Under the pieces are notes generated by a model, which did not search any database, had not been told where the DNA came from, and saw only the letters and a list, made by a program, of their open reading frames with translations. Shown in pieces: positions 27,363 through 39,529 of a stretch of DNA of 64,000 nt (positions are counted from its first letter, which is position 1; every line of letters begins with the position of its first letter). The DNA is taken from NCBI RefSeq assembly GCF_001194135.2, contig NC_068994.1, positions 20,988,199-21,052,198 of the forward strand. Reading direction: 5' to 3'. Made by a program: the position numbers and the translations under genes. This DNA is from Octopus bimaculoides. Lineage: Eukaryota.

Positions 27363-29370
27363 TTATTAAGTCAGCTAGATGGCAGAATTGTTAGCATGCT
27401 AGACAAAATGCTTAATAGCATTTTATGTCTTTACATTTTCAGTTCAAACCTACTAAGATTAACTTCACCTTCCATCTGTAGAGGACTGGTAAAATGTGTA
27501 CCAGTTGAATGCTGAGACCAATTGTATTGACTACACTCGCCTCCACTCCAAATGATAACATGATATACTCTGTAACATACTCTAGCAGTTTCCCCTGTTA
27601 CTGCCAAAGCCAGATGGTGAGGTGCTGTGACACATTTTATGCCAGCATGACAAAACAGACATCAAATGGTGACAATGACTATCATCACTATCATCATCAT
27701 TATTATTATAATCCACTATTCATACAAAAGACATTCTATATTTTCACTTCACAGACAATAAAGCAAAAGCAATAACTATCTGCTTCAGAATGGACATTGT
27801 GAAGAATTCTTTGTCATCATTGTCATCATCATCATCAGTGTTAATATACAGTGTTCAACAGATTTGCTATATAGTGTCTGACTTTGTCTTAATTCTGTGT
27901 TATCCCTTCAGTGAAGTCCAATACTTTCAAGCTTATCTTGCCTGTTGTTTCTCAATCATCTTTGTTTACCCTCTGTTATGATTAACTTTCCACTATTAAC
28001 TTAAGGAACTTTTACATCCATTATACCCCTTGTCTAAACTAAAGAAATTCATTTATTATTATTATTTTGTTTGTTCCCTTTCCTGTCATATCATACCTTC
28101 AACATCCTTGATTCTTGGTTCAAATTCAAATCTCTCCACTAGAATACTCCTTACATGTACATTATACAAATAAGTGTGGGATAATACAGTTAATTTTGTT
28201 AACCAGAAAGAAATTTTAATTTTTAAAATTACATTTATATGAAGAAGAATCATTAGTGTTAACAACAAATCTTAGTAAGGAAGAGAATTTAAATTGTTCA
28301 AACGAAGACATGAGGTGATGGATGAGTCTGGTCTTTAGTAAATACAGCAATCATTTTGGATATGTTTCTGTCTTATTAAATCACCACAGCAAAGTCTACT
28401 CACAATTCCACTGCAACTTAGAAAGAACTGCAGTGGAATCATGTCAGTGACCAGACTGCAAGTATGTGTTGAAAATTTTGTTTTTAAATGGCCATAACAG
28501 TTCTTTAATGTGGCTGCTTTTTTTTATACCCCAGTTTATTCTTTCATTTAAGTTTAGTGTATCGCTTTTCTGTGTTCAGGCAATTTCTTTCATCTCTCTT
28601 GACACCACATTAACGATAAAACAAAATTGCTATATTGGCTCAGTTCAATCAAATATTCTTTTATCTTTAAAAGAGTCTATTTTTGATCCAAATTCCAATT
28701 ATTGTTTTAGCAAGGAGGCTGTTGAAAATAGTTGAGGCAATTTAAGTACTACTAGCATTCCGAGTTCAATTCATTCAACTCATCCAGTATAAATTAAGAT
28801 TTAGCTTCTTATTTGACAGTAGCATGACACATGTGGCACACATATACACAGTTAGCTTTAAGAAATTGGCAACTTTGAAACCCCAAACATCTTTCATGAC
28901 CATCTTTCAGTTGGTCTTTTGTGTTAGTAAATAACTCTAACACCATTCTGAAGTATGTAGGTGGGGGTTGGTTTCTTTCTGTTAATCCTTTTATTTTTGT
29001 TTATTTTTCGGGTTTCTTTTCAACATCACCTATTCGTTTCTTTCTTCATTTCTCTCTCCCCTTTCCTTGTTCTTTTCTTTTCCCCTTTGTATAGAATCTC
29101 TACTTCTTTTTATCCTCTTTTCTTTTCTGTTCACAGACTTTTTTTACTTTCTCTTTTCCGTCTTCTCACAACACCCCCACTCCAACACACACACACACAC
29201 ACACATACACAATCTCTTTTTAGTCTGTAAATAAAAACCAAACAAAACCATCTGAAAATCTCTGAAAATATCAGCTTTCATCAAGGCAAGGATTGATTTC
29301 ATTGTTTGATAGTTACCTTTCTGAAGAACCTCAAAGCTTTTGACTATTCTCCTTCTTAAATATATTGTTG

Positions 29371-29373
<3 letters not shown>

Positions 29374-29423
<50 letters not shown>

Positions 29424-29437
29424 TCCCTCTCTCTCTC
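29374..29437. repeat. (CT)n microsatellite (others at 1621-1667, 29637-29668, 30474-30569)
   Basis: Direct reading. Confidence 0.95.
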
Positions 29438-29637
29438 TCATATATATATATTTCTCTGCTTCTTCTCCCTTTATTGTTTTAAATTAACCACACACTTCAT
29501 GATTGCAAAGATCACGTTTCGCCAGCTTCTTTAATATATAACACAGTTACATTATGTGCTGGTCTAATGTTAATGTATATATCAAGTAGTTAATGGTACA
29601 AAACTTGCGAAACAGAATAAATATCTGCTTTCTATTT

Positions 29638-29668
<31 letters not shown>

Positions 29669-29714
29669 CCCCCATAAGTTATGCAAATTTTTTGCTTTCT
29701 CAATGAAAAGCATG

Positions 29715-29931
29715 ATCATGTGATTGGTCATGTGACTCGTCTTTTTTTTTTCTTTTTTTTTCCTCCCGTTCAGTCCCACTGTTTTTCTGTATGTCTTCTC
29801 TCCTCTTTGCCATGTTACTGTATAACAATACAGATACTTTCAATGGGTTCCATTAACTGTTGGTTCCTGGATTGATCTCTAAATTGTAAGTTAAGCTTCT
29901 ACTTACTTTTTATAGGTGTGCATCTGTGAGT
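29715..29931 (+). promoter_or_regulatory. candidate internal promoter: tandem TCATGTGA E-box/M-box motifs overlapping an inverted CCAAT box, followed by two consensus 5' splice sites
   Basis: ATCATGTGAT-TG-GTCATGTGAC at 29715-29736 contains ATTGG (29723-27); donors GTAAGT at 29886 and GTGAGT at 29926; flanked by (CT)n tracts. Confidence 0.4.
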
Positions 29932-30003
29932 GATATAAACTCTTTTGCTAAACCTAAACATCAGAGCTGCTTGTTGTCAAATATGCCTTACTATGCATGA
30001 TAT

Positions 30004-30039
<36 letters not shown>

Positions 30040-31371
30040 TAGAGAGTGTGTGTGTGTGCATGTGTGTATTTGACTACAAACATACATATATTCACATACA
30101 TTCTTTCAACTGGAACATGCCAGTTATTTAACTCCAGTCATTATCCCACTCCTACTTCAGAAGTTAGCTTATAATATTTAGTTTCTATAGTTTGAATTAA
30201 GTTGCTTTCCAGTTGGATTGATGTTGTTGTTTCCACCTCCCCCTCTCACCGCCGTTATGACTATTACCATTGCCAGGCACCACTTTGGATTTCATCCTTA
30301 TTCAGCAGAAATCTTTCTCTTATTCCTTTCCTTTTGGTGGGTAAAGATCTACTTTAAATGTTACATAGTTTTTCCTGCCTAATGAACATGTATAGATTTC
30401 TTAATTTTTAGGATTGTTATTTCTTAATAAACAGCTTTCATGCTGAACCTCCACTTCATTCTGGCTTCCACCATTCTCTCTCTCTCTCTCTCTCCTTCCT
30501 TCCCTCCCTCTCTCTCCCTCTCTCTCTCCCTCCCTCCCTCTCTCTCCCTCTCTCTCTCCCTCCCTCCCTNNNNNNNNNNNNNNNNNNNNNNNNNNNNNNN
30601 NNNNNNNNNNNNNNNNNNNNNNNNNNNNNNNNNNNNNNNNNNNNNNNNNNNNNNNNNNNNNNNNNNNNNNNNNNNNNNNNNNNNNNNNNNNNNNNNNNNN
30701 NNNNNNNNNNNNNNNNNNNNNNNNNNNNNNNNNNNNNNNNNNNNNNNNNNNNNNNNNNNNNNNNNNNNNNNNNNNNNNNNNNNNNNNNNNNNNNNNNNNN
30801 NNNNNNNNNNNNNNNNNNNNNNNNNNNNNNNNNNNNNNNNNNNNNNNNNNNNNNNNNNNNNNNNNNNNNNNNNNNNNNNNNNNNNNNNNNNNNNNNNNNN
30901 NNNNNNNNNNNNNNNNNNNNNNNNNNNNNNNNNNNNNNNNNNNNNNNNNNNNNNNNNNNNNNNNNNNNNNNNNNNNNNNNNNNNNNNNNNNNNNNNNNNN
31001 NNNNNNNNNNNNNNNNNNNNNNNNNNNNNNNNNNNNNNNNNNNNNNNNNNNNNNNNNNNNNNNNNNNNNNNNNNNNNNNNNNNNNNNNNNNNNNNNNNNN
31101 NNNNNNNNNNNNNNNNNNNNNNNNNNNNNNNNNNNNNNNNNNNNNNNNNNNNNNNNNNNNNNNNNNNNNNNNNNNNNNNNNNNNNNNNNNNNNNNNNNNN
31201 NNNNNNNNNNNNNNNNNNNNNNNNNNNNNNNNNNNNNNNNNNNNNNNNNNNNNNNNNNNNNNNNNNNNNNNNNNNNNNNNNNNNNNNNNNNNNNNNNNNN
31301 NNNNNNNAACGAATATATAGTGCATGTGGTTATTTGGCAAGAAAAAAAATGACTATCCCGAAATATAACAA

Positions 31372-31489
31372 TAAATATTATTAGGAATTGTATAAAAAAA
31401 ATATTTTGCATATTGTAGAAGTTTAACCATTTTAGTGCACATAAACTTTAACAACAAAATCTTATATGGACCCTAGTTGAGAACCACTG
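31372..31489. mobile_element. one end of a third copy of the same hAT MITE family (other end probably in the gap)
   Basis: ...aaaatcttatatggaccctagttgagaaccactg aligns to the reverse complement of the start of the 41880 copy. Confidence 0.7.
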
Positions 31490-31814
31490 GTATAGCATAT
31501 TAGATCCCTGTCTGTAAACATTAAGGCACAGTATTTTACTTACAATAAAAACAAATCAAAAGATAATCTCATAAACTCACAGTTACCACTGTCTGTAACT
31601 TAGTTCGCTCACACATGGAATTCCTTTGGATTTCTTTAAAAACAATCAGTTTGATGCACACATCAGGTTTTATTTTTATTCTAATTGTTTCTAAATTTGA
31701 ACAAAGCTTTCGTCTTGGTTAAATAATCCTTATTTTTTCTCTTTCTCCGACCCTTAATTTCCTTTTATCTCTCCTTTTCTCAGTCTTTCTTCCTTTCTGA
31801 ATTATTCTTGAGAC

Positions 31815-32167
31815 TAAGGGTTCTCAACCATCTTTTAGCCTATGGACCTCTTTGGTTACTGTTTTACTCTAGTGGACCCTCATAGACATTCAGTGTTTAA
31901 AAACTAGTTTTTTTTATACTTCTTTCATGATTTTGTTTTTCACCCATTCACTTGTGTAGATTTGCAATAGAACTCCCTTAGAGAACATGTTACAAAGGCC
32001 AGGAACATGTTGAGCTGTGTAAAATATGAGAGAAAGAAACCTAATTGTTTCCCGCAATAAATACATCTAATATAAAATTTTTTCATGGACCCCTAAAATC
32101 ACCTATTTACTATTTTGCTTGCTTGAACCCCCAAAAATCTTATATGAACCCAGGTTGAGAATCACTG
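31815..32167. mobile_element. hAT MITE, same family as 41880-42111, opposite orientation
   Basis: TAAGGGTTCTCAAC and GTTGAGAATCACTG ends; degenerate TSD CTTGAGAC/CTTTACAC (6/8); internal similarity to the reverse complement of the 41880 copy. Confidence 0.75.
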
Positions 32168-32734
32168 CTTTACACTGTTGAGAGGTTATAGCATTATTAA
32201 TGAACAATTTACCTACCAATCTTCATTAATGATATTATCCATAACATAAGCAAAATCACTGGAGTTGTGTCATCTAACCATCGTTGGTTTAGCATCAACA
32301 AAAACAGATACTATAGAGGGCTACGTTACCAACAGTTGTTGCAGTTGCTGTTGTTGTTGTTGTTTATCAGACAGTGTATATAGGATGAGGGTATCCAGTA
32401 TGTCTTCTTTCCTTTTTTTTTTTCTTTTTAAAAGGTAAAATAACACCAAATATGTCTACCTTAATATGACAGAAACAATATTTGCCATCAGTCAGTGACA
32501 TAAGCTAAACCTCTACATAGTACTGCTAGAAGAGTTCACTTTGTAATCATGACGTCTACAGTTCAATCCCATTGCTTGGTATCTTCGCCATGGCCTCAGG
32601 TCAATCCAAGCCATGTGAATAAAATTGGATAGACTGAAACTATGTGGAAACCTGTTGGATGGACTTTACTTGTAATTCAAGGGATGAGTTTTGTTGCTCA
32701 CAGTCAGACTGATTTTGCCTAAGGATCACATTAA

Positions 32735-32961
32735 TCGTTTTGTTACCATATTTCTCTTAAAATTTGCTGTCTTTACTTAAGTTAATTTTGAAAATAATGA
32801 ATGTAGTAAAATAATAAAATAATATTTTCATCATTAAATTGGTGTTTAGGACAAAAATTAATATCAAATTTTGCTGGAAAGTTTTAATTTAGATCACTTT
32901 AAAACAGGAGGTGTGTATCATAGATACAGGTGCAGTATTAGGCAGGTTGGTATCAAAGGGG
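32735..32961. mobile_element. degenerate TTAA-flanked MITE of a second piggyBac-like family
   Basis: TTAA|tcgttttgttacc ... ggtatcaaagggg|TTAA; imperfect TIR. Confidence 0.5.
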
Positions 32962-35547
32962 TTAAGAGTATGTGTCTGTGGAGCATGTAGCCACCTGGAC
33001 TGTTATACAGTAAGTAGCTAGTTCAGTTGGCTGAAGAATTGGAGGGTTCATTACTTTCGTCTTGAAAGTGATAATTGCAGAATTGGTATAGCATTAGATG
33101 AAACACTTAGCAGATTTACTTACTTTATATCCTTTCATGTTCTTTATTCAAATGCTGTCAGACTGACTAAGTCATCCACCTGTCTGAGCTTTGTAAACTA
33201 GGTTCCAGTCAGATATTTAGGGTTGATTTAATCAATTATACCCCTATCCCCAAATTTGTCACTTTCTAATTAAAATTAATTAGTGATGCTGGTTTTTGCA
33301 CAACTAAGAATACAACTCAACTTCTGCTTTTAAAATGTTTAAACATATTAATATAAATACATTTATAAATAAACCACAAAAAATTATTGATACATTGCAT
33401 CATTGTTCTGTGGTATTTGATGAACAGTAACTACTTTTACAAACTTTATTTTTTCTTACCAGCAAGCTCTTGGCCTTGCATTTTCTTAAAATTTAATTTG
33501 TATCATTCTGATAGCAAAGCATATTAAACCTCCAATAACTTGTTTAATTCAGCGCTTATTGGGTTACTAAGATTGTTTATATATTTAGAATATATAAGCA
33601 GAATGTAATTATATTCAGGAGGGTTGACTGCACATCTGAAAAGAATGTGCAGTCAACCCTACAGTATATAATTAAGTTCTACCTGGATTTATATTTTTAT
33701 TTGATTTTATTCTGTTGCTATTTTTTAGTCAGCTAAGTTGCAGTTTTTCTGTTCAATTTTGTACAATCATTGAGAGGAAGGGATCCATTAACTGCTAGAG
33801 AGTTCCTTCTTGTTTAAAGTCCCTCGTTTCTTGGGAGACTTGTCAATATAAATTTTGCCTCAGTCAAAAGTTTGTTTTCATTTATCATGACATAATAATC
33901 ATTGAGGGAGAAAAACTCGTCAATGAGAGATGGGGAAAGTGCAATACCAGGCAGCCTTGCTGCTGAATTTGTGCCGTCTGATCATAAAGCAGGCAAGTTC
34001 AGCAACACCACCTTTGCCTTCACCAACAGATTGTTTTTAAATTGAAGTAGTAAGTATAAAACTATTGTTGTTCAGTGCTAAGTCAGATTCAGAAGGTCTA
34101 TAAATGATGAAAGGCATTCTATTCGAATGCAATTTATTTAAGATGTAGGCAGAAATTTGGTTGTATTTGTAATATGGTGAGCCATCATATAGAGGCAGGA
34201 ATAGATGCAAAGCAACATTAAAGATTTTGCTTGGATGGCCTTAAGAAATTAAATATCCCTTTCACAAGTGGTTTGCTTTGGCTTATTCAGGTCATTTACT
34301 CAAAGTAAAACAAGGAATTAAGATATCCATATCATTAATATAATTCCATCAGAGAATTTTTCTCAGCAATACCATACTCTACCTACTATGCGTATGATGA
34401 TGAAGCCTGGTGAGAAATAGTAAATTCTTCTGTGTGTGTGTGTGAGAGAGAGAGAGAGTGTGTGTGTGTGTAGTCTTTATTGCCTGAGTTTTGTTGGATA
34501 AAATTTAGTTGAACCGCTCAGCAAAAAGTAATTTTTGCTATTTTATAAGTATTAAACCAGCTCTGTTTCTGTCTATAATTCCTCAGTTAAATTTATTCAG
34601 AGCTGATAAAATAATAATGGGTGTGGTAGTGGTGGTAACTGTGACTGTTTTTTTTTTTTTTTTTTNNNNNNNNNNTTTTTTTTTTTTGTTTTAGTTTCTT
34701 TCCATCTAACTATATAAAATTTATTCTTTTGTAAAATTATATAGGTCTAGGTTGTTAAATTCTTTATTGCTTGGATTGATTTCTGTCGATATTCATTTTG
34801 TTTGGCATTTCTCCATGATTTTAATCTTTCTTGATTTGTTTTTATACATTGCTTAGTTTTGTTTTATTAGGAAACATTGTAATAGTCAATTTACTTGTTG
34901 TATTTCTAATGAAGTGTTTAGCTGGAAATATTAAAAAATTTGCTATAAATAATTAGGTGGTGAAAACATTACTTGCATTTCAGACTTGATTAGGATAATA
35001 CCCATATATTAAATGAACAGATGTGAAGTAAAACAAATAAAATTGTTTTTACCAAGAGACCATAATTGAATGCAATGGGATATAAACTAATAACTCCAAG
35101 CCTCAGTGATCTAATACTTCATCAGTTTAATTATTTTACTTTTTGATATAACAGATTATTCCAATAGCAGTTATTGTTACAAGTGATGACATAGTAATCT
35201 TGGTTTCTGAGAGATTCTTAATGTTTTATTTAAACATATATATTATTATTATTAAACATATATATTATTATCATTGCAAAACCATTGAAAAGTTTGTGTT
35301 TGCATAGCAATATTCACAAATTTTTTAATAGCATATAATTTCTTTTAAAGTTCCTTGTTTTTTGCTTTTTTTGTTTCAACATTTTCAACAATTCAGCCAT
35401 ACCAAAATATTTCTTATGCTTGGCATTGTTGATTCTCTTACTTTCCACATTAACCAATCAATTTACATTGTTCTTGCATGGATTTTATTTGTATTTACTA
35501 AAATTGTTATAATGAAAATTTTACAAATGTTCTAAAGAATTTATCAA

Positions 35548-35580
35548 ATGAATCGTCTGTTCATGAAGACATTCAGTAAG
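35548..35580 (+). CDS. candidate alternative start exon: MNRLFMKTFSK (exon possibly 35538-35580)
   Basis: caaATGa start with A at -3; strong donor aag|gtaaat; phase 0 joins in frame to 37953 and 49502; weak acceptor ttctaaag| at 35537. Confidence 0.4.
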
Positions 35581-35914
35581 GTAAATTTTCTTGCATTTCT
35601 TTATATAGTACTTGTGAAAAATTATGTTGAACTTCTTTTGTCTAGCATATAATGGTTTGTTTGGTTGGGGGGGGGGGGCTATATGTATGTATGTACAAAT
35701 GTATGTATGAATGAATGAAGTAAACTTTCACTTGTGAATTAGAATTTCTCTTCTAGCTACATATGAGCAATTTTTAATTTATATAAATTATTTCATAATT
35801 CAGAGACTTTTTCACTTTTTGTCTGAAACTGCATCACTGTTCTTCCACACATAAACATTTAACTTTTCCATAAATATAATGTTATATTTTATAATTATAA
35901 TGCAGTACTTATGC

Positions 35915-36417
35915 CAGGTGTGGGGAAACTCCTACCCACAGGTGCAATTGCACCTGCAACCCCATTTTATTGCACCCGCAAGCTGGTATACTCACATGTA
36001 CAAAATATAGTCAATTTTTCAATTATGAAATTTATACAATATTCGTATGCCTATTTGTGACAGTTAGACTCAAATAGAAAATCATCCAGTAATTACCATT
36101 TGAATGGAAGTATTGTTTTCACTATAAAACACATATTGCGAGGTTTGTACCACCCTCCTTGAGGCCCAACTACACTCTAGCTGAAAAATATAGAATGCTT
36201 CATATGTAATATAAACGTCTTAAATTTAGTGGCAGCATTAATGAAGATGTTACATGTTAATTTAATGTGTTGAACTTATCTTTATTAATGAATATCGAAT
36301 TATACCTAGATATATACAAAATTTACTTAGATATAAGAGTTAGAACTTGTGATCTGCTTGTGGACCTTTTTCTTTGGAAATTTTTGCCTGCCACACTAAA
36401 AAGTTTCCCCACCCCTG
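35915..36417. mobile_element. hAT-type MITE, 503 bp, perfect 8-bp TSD
   Basis: TIRs CAGGTGTGGGGAAACT and AGTTTCCCCACCCCTG (15/16); TSD ACTTATGC at 35907-14 and 36418-25; internal 18-bp palindrome CAGGTGCAATTGCACCTG (35939-56). Confidence 0.9.
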
Positions 36418-37952
36418 ACTTATGCACTCACTTTGTTGAGTGTATTTTGTTTATTTTATGTCAATAACAAAAAGTTTTTTAAAAAATATTATGAAAAATA
36501 TTCCAAAGAAAACCCTTATTTTCTAAATATTGTTCAGCTATAAAAACTGTATAAGATGGGGAAAATGTGCTCATATGCAGTATTTTGATACATTTTATTC
36601 ATTATAGTTAAAAGCAGTTCTTTATTTATGAATTGACCATGGAAAAAAGTGCTAGTGTGTCATAGTTCTTTTCTGTGCCTGGTTATTCCACCTGCCATAT
36701 GTAAATCTCTTTAAAGCTGGAAAATTTAATTTTTTTTTGACAAAGTAGGAAATATAAATCTGATCTGTGGTAATAATTAAAAGACAGTAACATTTTAATT
36801 CTTAATCTATAATTGTCTCATGCCTAAGCATTTAGAACCAAGATGTGTGTGATGCAACATTTTCATCTTTAACTGAAATTTTATTTTAGTCATTCATCTG
36901 TAATGTACAACATTTGGTTTTATATATATTTATAAATTATTTTAACAAAATTTATTCATGTTAAAAGTTGAATTGAAGATTCCTTTACAAAATTACAATT
37001 GAAAAAGAATTTAATTAAGTTTGAATATTACAAAGCTTTACTGTGGGTGAACTAATAATGTAAACACATTCTTTCTATGCTATTATGTACAGTAAAAGAC
37101 AAAGGGAGTTTCCAGGCAGACCATTTCATAATTTGTTGACTGCTCCTTAGAAATATACTTGGCTTCTTTCCCTAATCAATAGCACAGATCAGCTGCTATA
37201 TAAAGCAGTTATATATCAGGCTAGTACATTAGTGGATATCCTAAATTGCATATTTGTGCTAGAAGGGTTAGAATAGTGAACTGAACTGCTTGAAATTGTA
37301 AAAAGATCCAGTCCCCCCNNNNNNNNNNNNNNNNNNNNNNNNNNNNNNNNNNNNNNNNNNNNNNNNNNNNNNNNNNNNNNNNNNNNNNNNNNNNNNNNNN
37401 NNNNNNNNNNNNNNNNNNNNNNNNNNNNNNNNNNNNNNNNNNNNNNNNNNNNNNNNNNNNNNNNNNNNNNNNNNNNNNNNNNNATTTTCCAACTTGAGGT
37501 ATTGTACCTGATTTTAATACCTGCTGATGATAAATTTGCTAGGATACATGTTAACTTTTGAGCTAAATATCCAGTGTTAAGTTATATCATTATCCTAAAG
37601 GTTTCATTGACATTAGTGAAGCAAATGAGAAAATCTTGTTTGTTAGAATATGCCTTTTATACTTTTGTCTTATCTTTGTTTCAGAAACTAGCACTGATCA
37701 CTTCACACATAGACACATGCATCAACCTAATTACTCTTGATGTTCTTCCCCCCATTTTTTGTCAGCCTGTCAGCAATCCAGCTTCTGTCTGTTTATTTGA
37801 GCCAGCCAGCACATCAACTCAACATCCTTACGAATGTATCTCTATGTACAGATGCACAAACCTGCTTTACTATTGTAATATCACTTAATCTGAAACTATT
37901 TGTCAATGTTTGTAACTTGTTATTTTTTTTCACCTGGGCTTTTTCACTCTAG

Positions 37953-37994
37953 GATTCAGGCAAGCAGCAACCGTCCAGCTCAGATGCATCTCAG
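37953..37994 (+). CDS. TACC: probable upstream TACC exon, 42 nt: DSGKQQPSSSDASQ
   Basis: ctttttcactctag| acceptor, cag|gtaact donor; phase 0-0 fits entry into the 49502 exon; Ser/Pro/Gln-rich like TACC linker regions. No homology check was possible. Confidence 0.68.
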
Positions 37995-39529
37995 GTAACT
38001 TCAACACACTGCTGCCCATCTTCTAATACTGTAGATCCACATTGTTGGCATCCTTTGTGGATAACCTACCCTACTTTTATTTTATTTGAAATCTATCTTA
38101 TGTTTTTGTCTCTTAATTTTATTTCTTGAAAGTATATATATATATATATATGTACATATATTTGGCTTACAAACAAGTGCTCCTCTTTAAATTACTAAAT
38201 TCTAAACTCAGTTTCTCTCTTCAAATCTCATTCCTATGATAGGAAATGTAAACCCAAAAGCAAAATCCAAAATCTGTTAGAAGATTGATTTGCTTATTTT
38301 GCATTTGACCCTCCAACTAAAGCCAGCCTCTTTCAGGTACTCTGTGACTAAGTGAAGACTAGGGATAGGAGAGACCCATATGTAATGGCATTTCCTTGTT
38401 ACTACTCCATCACAAACAGGTTCAGTTGTTTTTGATTTTGATCCAGAGATGAGACAAAGTTAAGATAAATGATGAAGCTCACCAGTTAATTTATTTTAAT
38501 TTTGTCTCATTTCTGTATTATGGCAGTTTAATTGGAGTGAAGTTTTGGATAAGTCTCTTAATATACAATCACATTGTTGGATTAAGCATAATTCTCCTAA
38601 ACATAAAATATATATAGATATAACTCACAATGTTAGTTATATCTTGCTCAGCATCAGCTATAATGTTTCCCACTTCAAGCCTAGATTATATAAATTCCTT
38701 TCAATTTGATTCACAAATCTAAGTGTATCACTGAAATATTGTAAGTTTTGGCAGTGTTCCTCTCTGCCTATTTAATAATTGTAATATTGATACCAAGAAG
38801 ATTACTTTATAAACTGGGAAATACTTATAGCCCATGTAACATTTTTGACCCAGCAATTCATCCATATATATGGGTGTTTGGAATCATACAATTCATACTG
38901 ACATAGGAATGGCTATAAAATTTGAAAATATCGATAAGATGAACGTAAGACCTGTCAAGACTTATTAGTAACTATCAAGATCTATTTATTTATAGATACA
39001 TGATTTTATTCTTTCTTTAGAGTAGTATACTTTTCACATTTTATGTACTATTTTTTTTATCCGTCTGATATTTTGTTTGATAGACCTGCAAATTTTGAAA
39101 AGTACATGAATTCTTCGATCTGATATTTTCATTATCAGATATTAAAGTAAGGAGTCTATAAAAAATATCTCAAGATTTAGCCTAATTTAGTGAAATATAT
39201 TTTTCATTTAGAAACACACACTAGTTCTGTACAAATTCCATTTACTAAATTCAACTCAAAAGTTATTGGTCCAATCGAAGTCACAGTAGATGACACTTGT
39301 ACAAGATGTTCTGAAGTGAACTCAGAACTATGTGGATGAAAGTGGACTTCTTGCTCATACTGCCATGCCTCATTATTTATACCTAGTTTATCTTTTATCT
39401 TTTCTTTTACTGGTTTCAGCCAGAGATTGAGGCCATGCTGGAGCACCACCTTACAGTGTGTTTCTTTTCTGTATTGTTTCTGGTGAAGTAGCCAGTTGGA
39501 TGGAGCTACTTTTCTTTGTGCCTCCTGCC

